A program made the position numbers and the translations under genes. A stretch of 64,000 bases of DNA, taken from the NCBI GenBank assembly GCA_905178155.1, contig CAJINV010000003.1:1545557-1609556 (forward strand), written 5' to 3'. Shown one piece after another: positions 22,171 to 34,900 of the stretch. The notes under the pieces are model-generated. The model worked only from the letters and a program-made list of their open reading frames with translations. It did no database searches and was not told the origin of the DNA. The first letter of the stretch is position 1. Each line of letters opens with the position of its first letter. The stretch comes from Amoebophrya sp. A120. Taxonomy: Eukaryota > Protista > Dinoflagellata.

Positions 22171-24477
22171 ATGGTCGGACGTATCCAGTGCTGCAATGTG
22201 GTTGTTTTTGCCACACTGTTGGGTCACGCGAGGAGCATGGTCGAGCACCCGAACAAGACCACCCCCGACGTGAGTCCCAGCACCGCCCGAGGCGCTTTCG
22301 GTGATAGCAACAACTTGCAAACAATCACGGAGTTTTTGAAGAGATATGACCCGGAAAATGCACAAGAAATCCTGACGCAGTCCTTTGTGGGCGCCATGAG
22401 CCCCATGCCGATGCCACGTGGTGGTGAAGCGAGTGAAACTCGTGTTCTACGAGACGCTCTCGTTGGGGACCACTATCCGGTTTCTGAGGTGGGTCTTGGT
22501 GATCTTGATTCTATGCGCGCTCAGACGATCGCGGAACCGGCCGCGGAACTGGAAAAGACCGACCAGCGCCCAATCGCGCGAGCCGACAGCGCGTCCTCAT
22601 GCACAGCAGCACCCCGGCTGCCGTGGCTGCCGCCCCGGAGCGAAAGCAGCAAGCGTTTGCGTTGGGAACCGCCGTCGTCAACCGGGAGCCTTTTGTACGG
22701 CAGCCCGGTCGAGGGAGTGGCAAACCAAGCTCGTGCCGAGCAGCAGTCTGCACGCCAGAGACTTGATTTTGATGCCGACGAACCTGAAACGACGTCGTCT
22801 TCTCCCGACGGACGACAGGTCCCCAACCGGCGTCTCGCGTGGGCCGCACCTGGAGCCCTCCAGCAGCGTGCGCAGCCGCCGGCGGCACAGCCGACGCTGC
22901 AGCAGCTACGCCGAGAGCGTGAAAGCCGAAGAAGCACAAGTACGCCAGCAGGGGGAGCACATGCACAACAGCCCTCTGCGACTGGAGCTGCTCCAGCAGT
23001 CCAGAGGCCACAGATTCCGCCGACCTTTCAAGCTGGCTACGGAAGTAATCCTTTTCAGACCACACAGACTCTCGGCAGTTTTCCGCTACCGCAGCAGTCG
23101 CAGCCGGCCCCCGCCGTGTACGAGCAGCGCTACAGGACCCCAGAACAGCTCGACGAAGAACTGGCGCGGGAGCCCCCGGTACCAGCACCCATGCCGACGC
23201 CAGACACGACAACCAGCGATGATCAGGAGCAGGAGTCCACGTCCCGTTCGAACTACGGTGCAGGCAGTGCTTCCCATCGTGGACGTCATGGCTACAGCCA
23301 TTCCCCGCAGCGCCGTGAGTTTCAACTTCGCCGTCAAGGGAGCCGCTCTGGTCGACGTGAACCCTCTGGCAATTATCCGGACACGACAAGTGCGGGTAAT
23401 GATCCTAGTACTTCTTCTGCCCAGGAGGAGACAACCACTAATCCTACCGGACCCACCGTCCCAGCTATTAACTTGTATTCCACGCCAGAACCGCAGCAGC
23501 GCCGTATTGCGGATGACACGCCCATCCGCCAGATCGATCTGACGACAACGCCGAGCGGTGCCGGGGCCACTTCCACCTCCGCGCGCACGACCCCTCATGA
23601 GACCGCAACCGCAAGTTCGTCCTCCCGGGAAAGACGCTCGCAGCCTTCGTCAAGTAGTCGGCCGAGATCGGGCAGTCGCGAGGCCGCCTATGGTTTGTAC
23701 GGCGGAAGTTCTTCCTCTAGGCGAGGACACCGCAATGAGCGTTCCGCAGCAGCAGGAGCGGCGCCCGAGACTGGTGCAGAACCGGGTCAACATCTTCCCG
23801 GAGGTGCTGCCGCTCCGCAGCGACCCGAGCATGAGGATCGTCGACCGGTGAGTTCCACATCCCGTGAACACCGCCGTCGGCGATCGGGCCCCTCAACGTG
23901 GCGTAACAGAAGTTCAGGAAATCCCAGCGCCGGGCCAGTGTCGTCCGCGATCAACTCTGTGCTCGGTGGCGGCCTTGGCCTCGCCGGTCCCAGTCTTCCG
24001 GCATCCCGTTACCCGGCGCATCCCGGTCCACAGAGCGATGAACGCGCGATGCGACGCGTGGCCAGTCAGCCACGATTGCTGCAGCCGGCGGGCCCCGTGT
24101 CCTCCGCTCCGGCGCGCCGACGCAACGATTCCAGTCGAGTCCGCGCCTTGCTCTTCATGAACCCGGAACCCATCAATCTCCGAGCCGGAGGTCCTGGAGT
24201 TGTGGATCAAGGTGGACCTGCAGCGGGTGCTGGTGCGAGTGGTAGTGGAGCGGCTGCTCCGGCTCCGGGAGGTGGAGCTCGGGTCTTTGTGGCTGAGCCC
24301 GAGGCAGAGCCCGAGGCAGCTGCACGTGGGCGTTTGGATTTTCATCAGCCGTTGCTTCCTGACTATCCGGCAGGGTCCGCGTTGCCGGAACGACGTGCTC
24401 GCAGCAGCGGAGCCACCATCACCCGCGGCGATCGAGGACAGCGGAACGGTAGAATGGTGCCTCAGCCCTTTTACTGA
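22171..24477 (+). CDS. Low-complexity Pro/Ser/Arg-rich protein with probable signal peptide
   Basis: Long ORF; N-terminus MVGRIQCCNVVVFATLLGHARS. Confidence 0.7.
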   Translation: MVGRIQCCNVVVFATLLGHARSMVEHPNKTTPDVSPSTARGAFGDSNNLQTITEFLKRYDPENAQEILTQSFVGAMSPMPMPRGGEASETRVLRDALVGDHYPVSEVGLGDLDSMRAQTIAEPAAELEKTDQRPIARADSASSCTAAPRLPWLPPRSESSKRLRWEPPSSTGSLLYGSPVEGVANQARAEQQSARQRLDFDADEPETTSSSPDGRQVPNRRLAWAAPGALQQRAQPPAAQPTLQQLRRERESRRSTSTPAGGAHAQQPSATGAAPAVQRPQIPPTFQAGYGSNPFQTTQTLGSFPLPQQSQPAPAVYEQRYRTPEQLDEELAREPPVPAPMPTPDTTTSDDQEQESTSRSNYGAGSASHRGRHGYSHSPQRREFQLRRQGSRSGRREPSGNYPDTTSAGNDPSTSSAQEETTTNPTGPTVPAINLYSTPEPQQRRIADDTPIRQIDLTTTPSGAGATSTSARTTPHETATASSSSRERRSQPSSSSRPRSGSREAAYGLYGGSSSSRRGHRNERSAAAGAAPETGAEPGQHLPGGAAAPQRPEHEDRRPVSSTSREHRRRRSGPSTWRNRSSGNPSAGPVSSAINSVLGGGLGLAGPSLPASRYPAHPGPQSDERAMRRVASQPRLLQPAGPVSSAPARRRNDSSRVRALLFMNPEPINLRAGGPGVVDQGGPAAGAGASGSGAAAPAPGGGARVFVAEPEAEPEAAARGRLDFHQPLLPDYPAGSALPERRARSSGATITRGDRGQRNGRMVPQPFY

Positions 24478-25794
24478 GCCGTGGTACGAGAAAAGCGGCC
24501 GTTCTTCTCCTGCTTTACATCGGGAAGATAAAAAGGAAAACTAACGGCATACTATGAGGATTGACTACTTTATGGTTCTGATTTCAAGTTTTGGAAATGC
24601 GATTTTTTATTGATGTTTTTCCGTCTCCGAGGTATCGCTTGCATGAACATTGCTTTATTAGGCACTCGCTGTACTATCGGTTAAGTTTTTTGATGCTGAT
24701 TTATCGGGAGCGAGAAAAATTACAAAGCCTGCAGGAACCACCAAGCGAATCGAACTTCACAGCGCTTCATTCGCTACTGCAGCCTTCAGCACCTCCTGGG
24801 GCAAGAGGGTAATAAATTAAGTAAGTAAAAACATTCCTACGGGTTTGATGTGGACATAGGGTCCTTGTATTCTGAATTAAGTGAATTTGAACCTCAACGA
24901 CTACGTGCAAACTCAAGAACCTCTGAAGTGTTTGACACCACTGTCAAGAGGGGCGCCCTCTTTAGCGGCTAATTAATTTCAACGTAGCTAGAAAAATGAC
25001 TGAATTAAGATTTTTGTTCTGTACGATGAGTAATTCGATGTAGAAATGCAGCTTCACCCTTTACTCTTACTCATGCTACCAAATTAAGCACTGTATTGAA
25101 CCTAAGTGATTCCGCCATTTTTTTTATTCCTTTTCCATTCTAGAAAGCACCTGCACCTCCTTGGCGATTTACGCGAAACGGTCACGCATTGGTTGTCGTC
25201 CTAGACAGCTGCAACTCGTCGCCTACAGTATTGATGAAAGTAGCCGAGGGTCTGGGAAGAATAGAATCAACACGAATTTATTTTCATTTTTTTCAAGTAG
25301 ATTCCATATCCATCGTGCTAACGTAACATCATTGTGGTATTGAGTACAACGGGTGTCGTTTTAAGCCATAGCTACACGACATCCCATCGTCTTTTCGCAT
25401 CTGAAGCAACCACACGACATGCATTCATAGCACAAGGCAGCAGAATTCGCTCAAGTCCCATAGGCTCATTTTATTGCTTTCATATACTAGCGTAGGCTCA
25501 TGTCAACATCATAATTTTCTCTTTCTTGCGTGACAAGCATCGTGGCGTAAATCTAGAAAATAAGCAAAATACAGAACGTCTATTGACGCGGTGTCGGTCT
25601 GCGCAGGTAGCACGGCCGCGCATTGTACCTGAAAACGAACCTCCCTTTTGTTCGCTGTCTGTGATTCACTACGTTATCAGGTCGGGAGAGGAGCACGGCA
25701 AAAGTGTCCAGGATCTCGTGGTTTGATGTGTAGATTTTCGTATATTGTGGTTCGCTTTATTTCTTCTGTGTCTACCGATCGGTCGCAAATAAAG

Positions 25795-27162
25795 ATGATG
25801 TTGCGTGGGCGAGGTGGTGATTTGTATGCCGCTGGTGCACGGCCCAAAGCTCAAAATTCATCGAACACGGACCGCAAAAATCAACTGCCAAGGTTCGGGA
25901 ACGAACTTGCGGGCACCACGGAACAGGACGCTAGAAAAGCGCAGCCAAAAATCCAATCTCAGACAACAACCACGAATTCCCCGGATTGGGTAGCAGCGCA
26001 ACGAGCCCAGGCGGAGGCCAACGAGCGGGAAATTGTGTTGCTCCGGCAGGCCATCCGCGACCTGGACGAGACGGACGAAAAATTGCGGGATGCGCAGATT
26101 GTGGCGCTGCAGCAGGAGGAAGACACCAGTTTGGTGCGGGACGAGGTGGTCCTGCTGCGCAAGCGGGAAGCGGAGCAGCAAGCCAAAATCGATGAATTTT
26201 CCATGGAGGTCCACCTAATGCGCCAAGAAATCGCCGCGCTGCAGCGCCAGAGTGCGGTTCTGCGCCGTCGTCGCCACTTCGACCTGTTGCGCCGGCGGAA
26301 GGAAACCTTCGTTTGCCCGGATGCACTGGTGTCCGAAACCGAGCTTCAGCTCCTGTTTGCGGATTACGCCTTTCGACTCGACCAGTCGGTTGCAGTAGAC
26401 TTTTACGAGCAGGACGAGACCACACCGGAAACAATTGCAGTGCGTGCAAAGGACCTTCCCGCACTGTGGAACGATCTGTACATCGCCAACGCGCCACTTG
26501 GATCACATGAGCAGGGGAACGAGCAGGGTACTATCGGTTCTGCACTCCGAGGAAGTGACGCGCACGCGACGACAAAATTGGCAAAAGATGTGTACGACAG
26601 GTTGATTGCACCACACTTTCGACACGCGAAGCACGTCCGCTGGACGGATTTTGTCGAGAGGTTTCCGAAAATTTGGGCCAAAGTGGCGCACCACATGCAG
26701 CAGAGCACCGGCAAAAAAGGGCTGCTGCACGACGACGAGGAAGACGAAGACAGCGACGAAGTGCACGACGAGAGCTACAGCTTCCAAACAGGTTTGGAAG
26801 ATACTGGGGCGAAAAATCAATCTCCAACGAAAAACGGGAAGCACCGCGCAGGCACGGCCGCATCGACGGCGATGAAGCGTGACCGAGCTTTCGGAGCAGC
26901 TGGAGCAAGCAAACGCTTTTTTTCGAATCGCGAACACCAGAGCAAGAGCAAAGTTCAGGACAACGTTCTTGACGTAGATCATGAAGAAGTGAATGACGAC
27001 GGTGCTGGTGCAGAATCCGGAAAAGAGGAGGACCTTGAGGAAGAAAATGAAGAAGAGGAAGAGCTCGAGGAGGAGCCGCTAGAGGAAGAAAATGAAGAGC
27101 AGGATGATGTGTATGACCCATACCACCCACCGGACGAAGATGGTTTCAGTTTGATGAAGTAG
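25795..27162 (+). CDS. Coiled-coil hypothetical protein with acidic tail (start uncertain)
   Basis: Heptad-like region ~26000-26260; Glu-rich C-terminus. Confidence 0.7.
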   Translation: MMLRGRGGDLYAAGARPKAQNSSNTDRKNQLPRFGNELAGTTEQDARKAQPKIQSQTTTTNSPDWVAAQRAQAEANEREIVLLRQAIRDLDETDEKLRDAQIVALQQEEDTSLVRDEVVLLRKREAEQQAKIDEFSMEVHLMRQEIAALQRQSAVLRRRRHFDLLRRRKETFVCPDALVSETELQLLFADYAFRLDQSVAVDFYEQDETTPETIAVRAKDLPALWNDLYIANAPLGSHEQGNEQGTIGSALRGSDAHATTKLAKDVYDRLIAPHFRHAKHVRWTDFVERFPKIWAKVAHHMQQSTGKKGLLHDDEEDEDSDEVHDESYSFQTGLEDTGAKNQSPTKNGKHRAGTAASTAMKRDRAFGAAGASKRFFSNREHQSKSKVQDNVLDVDHEEVNDDGAGAESGKEEDLEEENEEEEELEEEPLEEENEEQDDVYDPYHPPDEDGFSLMK

Positions 27163-28304
27163 TCGGGTTTTACTCAGTCGTGACGTGCAGATGGAGCCAC
27201 TTTCTCTCGTATCCATAGTTTGTGAGAGACATGATGAAGTATTGATTGTTCCTAGAACGTTGTCAGATTCTTGAGACACCGTGCAGCACCTATCAACCAT
27301 AATATGGTTTCGCAATCAGCGTTCGCGTGGTGATGTTGTACATGCACTTGCTGTTTTTTCGGTTTTTTTGCTTTTGTTTTCCCGTGTACGCGATTTGCGC
27401 ATCCTTCGCAACATTCTATTTCCATGCGGGGCCGATGCGTCGACGATCAGAGACTCTTTAAATCGATCTTCCTCCTGGATGAGGGAACAACATTACGATT
27501 ACAGCTGACTCGCCTGTGGTACTTCAACACTTGTGAAATCGACAGTGCAAGTCTGTGTCGTTTTTTCTGACAAGATGACAAACGAGAGGAGGAGAGATAA
27601 TTGGATTATTGCATATACGAAAAAGACCGGAATCAAATCCATGAAAACTACATAGCGTTGACAAAACATCTACGTCAGCAAGCAAGCTAATCCGGTTTCC
27701 TCTGGTGTGTGGAACTTCTTCTCGACTTTCGTATGCTCTCTACTTTAAGTCGTTGGAATCCCAGCTGCGCAACGCTAGTTCGTACCAGTGGTCATACTCG
27801 TCAAAACCTCAGGAGACTTCATCGCCTTTCGTTACTCATTCGTTTCTTCGAAGTCAAACACTCAACAAGTGCGGTTTGAGATGCCAGTTCCAGTTCCCCA
27901 CGTGGTTCATCTCCATCTCGTTCGTGATCGCTCGTAAAGGTCTTGGTCGAAATCGTTGTCAGCAAAGCAATTGTCGCCTCGTGACACTTTTCGCAATCCT
28001 TGACATTCGAAGTGGTTGCCTCGCATAGAATCGCTGCAGTTTTCCTTGGTTGTCTTGCTGAAAGCCAAGAGGCTCAGAGTTCTAGAAGTAAGTGTGGTTA
28101 TGGATAGGTGTGATTTTTTCGCTAGTTCCGAAAACCAAATTCGTTTTTTGTATCTTTAATTTTCTGCGTTCATTCCAGATTCAGATTGTCATTCTGAATG
28201 AGAATCTCACCACGCACTGCCTGTATTTGCCGAGTTCATTGCACTTTGTGTTCATCTTGTAGTGTGTTGGTGGTGTTTCATATGTCCTTCTAATCGCAAA
28301 CGCA

Positions 28305-30705
28305 ATGAACGACGACCCTATCATCACGGACGCTCTCTCGTGTGAGCTATGTTTTGCAGAAATCTCGGCAGACGAAGGAGAGACGAGATTGACCTGCCAG
28401 TATGGACACTCGTTTCATGACGCGTGTGTCGTCGCGCACCTGAGACGTTTGCCGGCCTACCAGTTGCGGTGCGTGCATACCCTCCCTTGCCTGGTTCCAG
28501 GTCACTGTTTTAGCAAGGATGTGCGGAAGCAGTTCTGTCAGCGAGTTCGTGCCGACACTTGTGAACCTGTCTTGGATGCCGACGAAGTGGCTGTGGCGAA
28601 GCGGGTACTCCTTTAATTGATGCTGCGTTGTTGTAGCTCTGATTAGTTTTTATTTTATGTGGAGGATGTCGTGATCGCTCATGTTCTGTAGCGCAGTAGC
28701 CTTACTACGAACGGAGCGGTACTGTGAAAGAATACTTACATCATCGCCGATTTTTTCTTTTTCGTGAATCACAATATGTGACCGAGATTGATAGGTCTAT
28801 ATCATGGTTGATTTTCTTTGTCCTGCTTCTTCTTGCAATTCATTGCTATTGCGGAATTCCTGCAACCAGTCTATAATCTACTGACAGTGCCTTCACATGG
28901 GGGTTTGCCAGGAGTGCCTCGAAACGTGCAACACAGCTACCGAAACTTGTACACCTACAGCGGATGGTGAGTGCGTCCATGACAGGTGTGTTGTGAAAGC
29001 GATCCTGAGACGCAAGGACGCCGGTCTCTTGCCGGAAAGCACTGGTGCGAACGAGCAGAGCATCCGGGTAATCAACAAACATGAATTTCGCACTACCGAT
29101 CTAGCTTCCTTACGCAATCGCATTGCACAGAAGCTCATCTTCCCGTCGCTGAACGTCACTACCGAGATTCAGATCCGCTCGTTGCTCAAGTTCAAGGACT
29201 GCGCGGCATGCGGAAAAGTGATCGACGACCTCACGGAGACAAGCGTCTGGGGATACAAGAAAATCATTCTTTCTCCTCTGATCGAACCTGATCCTATTCC
29301 TCACGGCCTGACGGATCCGGACGCAATATTTGCTGCAGTGGTGCCTCACTGGAGGTATGAAGAGCAACAGCGGAAGCGGACTGAACGGGTGGATCGTTCA
29401 AACAACAAGCTTCGTTCTAGGACAGCCGCTCCAGCCCACGAAGACACGCTCTTTTGGCACGATAAATGCTTTCTGGAGCAAGCCATCCAGCGGAAGACCG
29501 ATCCGCAGCAACTTCCGCACCACGAGGAAAACGCGTTGAAGCAGCGGATGGTGTTGAAAACGTCGCGGCCACCGCTGCCGTTGGACACTCTTAACCAAGG
29601 CATCAAGATGTACGGCATTGTCCAGTGCAAAGTCTGCGCCGCAGAAGTCAAAAGCGGAGACACATCGCTCCAGGTGAAAACCGCGGACGGGCACCACGGC
29701 GCGGTACATGATTACTGCTGGATTCATGCTGAATCTCGGATTCGGCTCACATCCATCAGCTGTGCGGAGGCCGTTGCTAATACCCCTGTCGCCGTTGCGG
29801 ACGTACTGACACAAGTCTCCGCCTCCGAGCTGCTGAACTTGCAGAATCGCGTGCGTGCTAACCGCGTGATGGTTTGCAGTTCAGGAACAACGCTGGCCGC
29901 AGGCGCTGGGGCCCCTGTGCAGCGGAAACCATTTCTGTCGGAAACAGGTGGTACACTGCTGAAAGCGCAAGCCTTTACCCTTTTCGGGATGGACGGTTGC
30001 GAGGCCTGCTTCCGGGAAATCGGAACAGCAGAAACATGCGTGACAACCCTAAAGGGCTTCAAATTTCACTGCGTTTGCTACTTGAAGGCCCTCGTGGAGT
30101 TGCCATCTTCCCAGGTGAGTGTACAGTCCATCGCCGGGACCGGGATGCAAGTGATTCACGTCGAGGATCCGTGGCTGCAAGTGTCGTCCGAGGAGGCCAC
30201 GATGCTCCGCCACCGCGTATTGGACGAACTCTGCACTCCGGCCGTGAAGGCCAACTGCGTGGAGGTGAAGGCGAAGCAGCTGCTACGCATTCCCGTGTGC
30301 GGGAAGTGTTTCGGTGTCGTCAAAGAGAGCGATGAGGCTGTATGCGGGAGCGCCACAAACGCAGATCAAGACCAAACTGTTTTGCACGCTGAGTGTTTTG
30401 TCAACTCCTTCGCTATTCCGGACCAATCCCGTTTGCGCAAGCACCTCCTGGCGAACCGGCCCACTGTGACGCTCAAGGGGATCATCTTCCAGACGTCCGA
30501 AATTTCGAAAATCGGGCGGCGGGTCTGCAACATGCCCGAAGAAGTCGAAGACGCTGACACATCCGCCCCCGGGTCGGCCTCTGATTCGTCGCCATCTTCG
30601 CCTGTTGATGAGGTCCAGGGAACGGAATGCCCCGCAGCGCCTGCGGCGACCAGCACGGCGACGTGTTTCCAGGCTTTGCTCGTCCGCGTGTGCGGACAGG
30701 CGTGA
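28305..30705 (+). CDS. Protein with six CxxC...HxxC zinc-binding repeats; GT-AG intron 28605-28887
   Basis: CELC/HDAC, CQEC/HDRC, CAAC/HDKC, CKVC/HDYC, CEAC/HCVC, CGKC/HAEC; splice joins KR-CLHMG in frame. Confidence 0.75.
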
Positions 30706-31310
30706 GTCACAGTTCCAGTTTGAGCTGTATAATGCTGAAATGCTGAAGTAATACTGCTTCCTTGTCAGTGTCTGCGGTTTCCAGGACGACCGGGGGCAGA
30801 CCAATTCCAATGAATTTTCAAAATTTACAATTCGAATTCTAATCGTGTTTATCTTTTACTGAGAACTTGTACCATGATGATTTCGTTTCTCTTACTATTT
30901 CATTTATAGGAATAAACAAAGTAGTGCCAAAAGCAGCGATCGAGGCACACATTCTCCCCGCGTTCATTTTGTACCAAATAAAAAACGAAAAACAAGAAAA
31001 TTACTTTTTACAGCGTTGCTGATTTATACCGAAAATGAAAATAAAGAATCATAAAGAGTACGCTGTAAAAACGAGGAAAAAAATATTGCACTATCAAAAT
31101 CAATAGGAGGCCAGCAACGATGACTGGGAAATTAATAGAACTTGATTTATAACTCTGCTATAGATATTCTATGGGAGACAGTCACAGTCCGAATCTATGT
31201 AGCGATTTATTTTCAAACGTGCGTTGCAGGTTATGTTTAAAGATTTTCTATGATTTGTTGTGGAAAGAAAAGTAATGAAGAAGATGATGCTTTGATGCAC
31301 GCACGCCGAT

Positions 31311-31404
31311 CTCAAGGTCTCTGAGACAGGTGCCTTATCGCTTTCGAGCCCTCAAGGTCTCTGAGACAGATGCTGGTCTAGGTGCCTTATCGCTTTTCGA
31401 GCCC
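31311..31404. repeat. Short tandem duplication (~41-bp unit, second copy with an insertion)
   Basis: ctcaaggtctctgagacag...gtgccttatcgcttt(t)cgagcc occurs twice. Confidence 0.85.
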
Positions 31405-31923
31405 AGAAAACACTCAGGTTTCATCGTTTCTCTTGTCCGAGTCCTTTCGGCGTCGTGGCTCGATTCGTAATCGCATCGCCTAATTCTCGTGGTGAATATT
31501 CATGGACGGGTCTTTGCCATCCAACTTCGAAGGCTAGGTGTAGTTGCTTGATATATATGATCGTGAAACAGCGTACCCATCGATGCGGTACTACATCGAA
31601 GCAAGAACGTCAATCGTGGTTCGTGGTCAGCATTTGACGCTCCCGGCAAAAATGCTTTTGAATAACCGTCGTCTCAGTGGGGTCTGTCTCGGTTTAGCAT
31701 GCAAACAAGGAAGATAAAGTACCATTTTCAGATTCACGACCGGTCTAGTGTATTTTTTTTTGAATGTTACAACTCCACGGGGACACCATCATCGACAACT
31801 CAACGGAGACGTCGAACTGTTCTATCGACGGTCCTATTCACTTTCACAAAAGTAGATCGTACGCATACAGTGTCGTAGCGTGCGCCCCGCGACGTCATCC
31901 TCGTACCTTGTTGTTTTCGGACG

Positions 31924-34900
31924 TTGCTGGAGCCAGAAGCACAAGCCTCGCGACTGAACGAAATCATGCGCAACGGAATTAGTAGTAGATCCAGCACTAA
32001 AGAATCCGGGAAGGCGGATAGCGGTCTTGCATCGACAAAGGGAGAAACCAATTATATCGTGCACGAGCGGTGGCTGTTGCGAACGGAAGTTGTTGTGGGC
32101 AGGGCGGTAGGCGCGGACCTAGGGTTCGAGATTGTCGCGCAGTGTCAGACCGCGTCCGGCGAGGCGGATCGACGGAAGCAAGCTGCTGCGGAGTGTTGGT
32201 CGTTTTTCGTCGACAAGGTAAAGCCGTACAGCTTTGCAGCTTCGCATGGACTCCGACCCGCAGACCAGCTTTTGCACGTAAATGGCGTCCCGGTTCTCGA
32301 CCATTTGAAAAAGGATGGTTTCCTCCAGGAGCAAAGCGCAGCCACACGCGGCGCCAGTGGCACACCAGCCTCAAAGACGAGCAGCGGCTATTCTGATTTC
32401 GTCTCCCAATTATTGCAGCGCACACGCCCACTTCAGCTAGTGTTCCACCAATTTTCGCTGTCACGCGAGGAGCGCCGACGGCGCACTCGGCAGCTGGGGC
32501 TAAAAAGCAAGTTTGGACTGAACATTCACGAACAAGCTAGTGGAAGCAGTCCAGTGCAACTGCAGGCTGCGAACTTCAGGAAACCCTTCTACGTATTGAA
32601 AGGATCAGGCGAACCACGAAAGTCTCTACCCGTTTTGGGTACGGCTTCGCCACCAGGTGTCGAACAAGCCGAGATAAGTCTAGCGACCGGAAAGCGGCAG
32701 ACAAAAACTTCTGTGCCTTCGTTGCGCAATCGGAAAATAAGTGCTAGTTTTCACACAAGGAGTCGATTTTCCGTTTCCAGGCAAAGCGCTGCAAACACCA
32801 GTCCAGTGTTTCTCCAGGACGCTCCGCGCTCGTCAGGAGAAGCACGCAAGGACCACGTGGTTGCTGTGAAATCTCCCAGTACAGCCTCCGAAAGCGCGGA
32901 TGTCTTCGCGCTCGTCTCTTTCGAGCCTAAGCAGAGGGAAATATTAGTGACTGCGGGTCCTGCCGAGGCCGTCGGGCGCGACGAAGCTGACGTGACTACG
33001 CCAACAAGCAACAACGGAGAACTTCTTGATGCGCCGACCAAACTACCGTCCCCGAGGGCATCGTGCGAGCGAAGTGAGGGACCACAGATGGTTCCGGAGA
33101 CCGTTGAGGACTATTTCCAGCTCTCGCAATTTGTCCCCTATTGTGACCTGCTGCAAGTGCGGGATTCGTCGACCGTTGATGTACCGGAAAAACTACAACG
33201 ACCACCACAGGTAGAGCCCGAGAATCATGATTGCACAGCTACCAGTGCACTGCAAGTACTTCACTCTGCTTGTCTTCGGGAAAAAGATCACAGATTCGTG
33301 CAGGACGAGATCGACGCCTCGTCACTCCACAGTAGCTGCGTTGAATCTTCATCTCTCTGTCTGCAGGAAAACATCGCTGGATTGCACACAGAGAAAAGGG
33401 AGACCGAAAAGGCCGGAAATTCGAACCCTGATGAAAACACGAGTTCGCCACTGCAGGACAAGACCGAGCCGTCGAGCCCGAAGCCGTTTCTTTTCTATCC
33501 CGACAGTGCGGGCGAACGCGAAGACGGCGCGAAAGAAGCGGAAAGTTACGATTTCTTGGGTATGTTGGAAAGCATCTTCTTCAAGGGCTCCGAGATATTG
33601 AATCCCGCAATAGATGAAGTTGTTAAACCACGACAGGGCGGAGCGCAAGAAACCGTACCACCACCACCACGAGACATTGCAGAACTCCAAGCATCAGACG
33701 GAACTGGCTCTTCGGAAATTCTGCGTAAAAATCCGAGCCCGGACGCGGAACGGTCTCGGGCAAGCGGCAACTTTTACTCCAATTATGAAGCTCCTCAGGA
33801 GCATGCAAGTACAAGCTCGGGCCAGCCGGAATTTAGCGACGGCAAGGTGGAGACCACGGATAGCGTCGACTTGGCAAACACTTCAACATCGACGACCCGT
33901 CGCTGCAAGCGAAAGAGGGCGCGGAAGTCGAAGGTGGCAGAGAACGTAAAATCGGTGACCTCAGATCTCGTTGCCGCTGCGTCGGAGCCACACTACGAGG
34001 TTTTCGGGCTCGAGGCAAGGGACCTGTACGACCAAAAATCTCCCAGGATTTTCCCCGCGACGCGACCAGCTATGCCTATGCGGGAGGTTCTTTGCGTCTC
34101 CGGTTCCAGATCCAGCCCTATTGCGAGCAGCGCCTGTGCCTCTGCAGTGCTAGTACCTCATGAAACTACCGTTGTTACCGGACGAGATCTTCATGCCGAC
34201 AAGGTCACAACCCGGCTGCGTGCGGTCCAGGCAGAGCCAGAGGGAGAAGCCGTGCCGTTTCCTTACGAAGACGAATCCATTTGGAAAATTCCAACACCTT
34301 CCCCGGCACAGCCACCATCATTTTCTCCGCCTCCACCTCGCATCTCTGAGACCGCAATATTTTTTTCGCCACAACCGACTTCCAGAGCGAAGGCGAATAC
34401 ACGTCGCGCACCACCGCGTGATTATGCGGCTAGAAGCCATGAACCCACCGAGGAAGCGCCAAATAAAGATGCAGTAGAAGCGGAAGCGCCGTCGCGTCTG
34501 CAGTTTACTCCTTCTGTCACAGAGCTGTTGGCGGGACCACAGTGCGAGGATCGCGGAAACAGCACTGGAAATTTGGACGCGAGTTCGATCCTAGTAGACG
34601 TCGACCGTGGTTGTGGAGACCAGGAGTTCTTGCAAGAGGATGTTAACTACAAGACACGGACGCGCGACATTCATCAGCCCCAGTATGAAGATGATTGGAC
34701 GTGCTCCATGGCGGAATTCTGTCCCATCCCGGCAACCGAAGTGCTCGCGAGCACGCCCAGCTTCTGCGCCGACACTGCAACAGTCGCGTTGGCCAAATGG
34801 ATTCGTGACGAGGAAAGTTCGAATTCAAGTAAAGACCAGCATCCTGCTGAGCCAGACGAGAAGGACAAAAACAGTTTTGTCGTTGAGAATACGAGCCATA

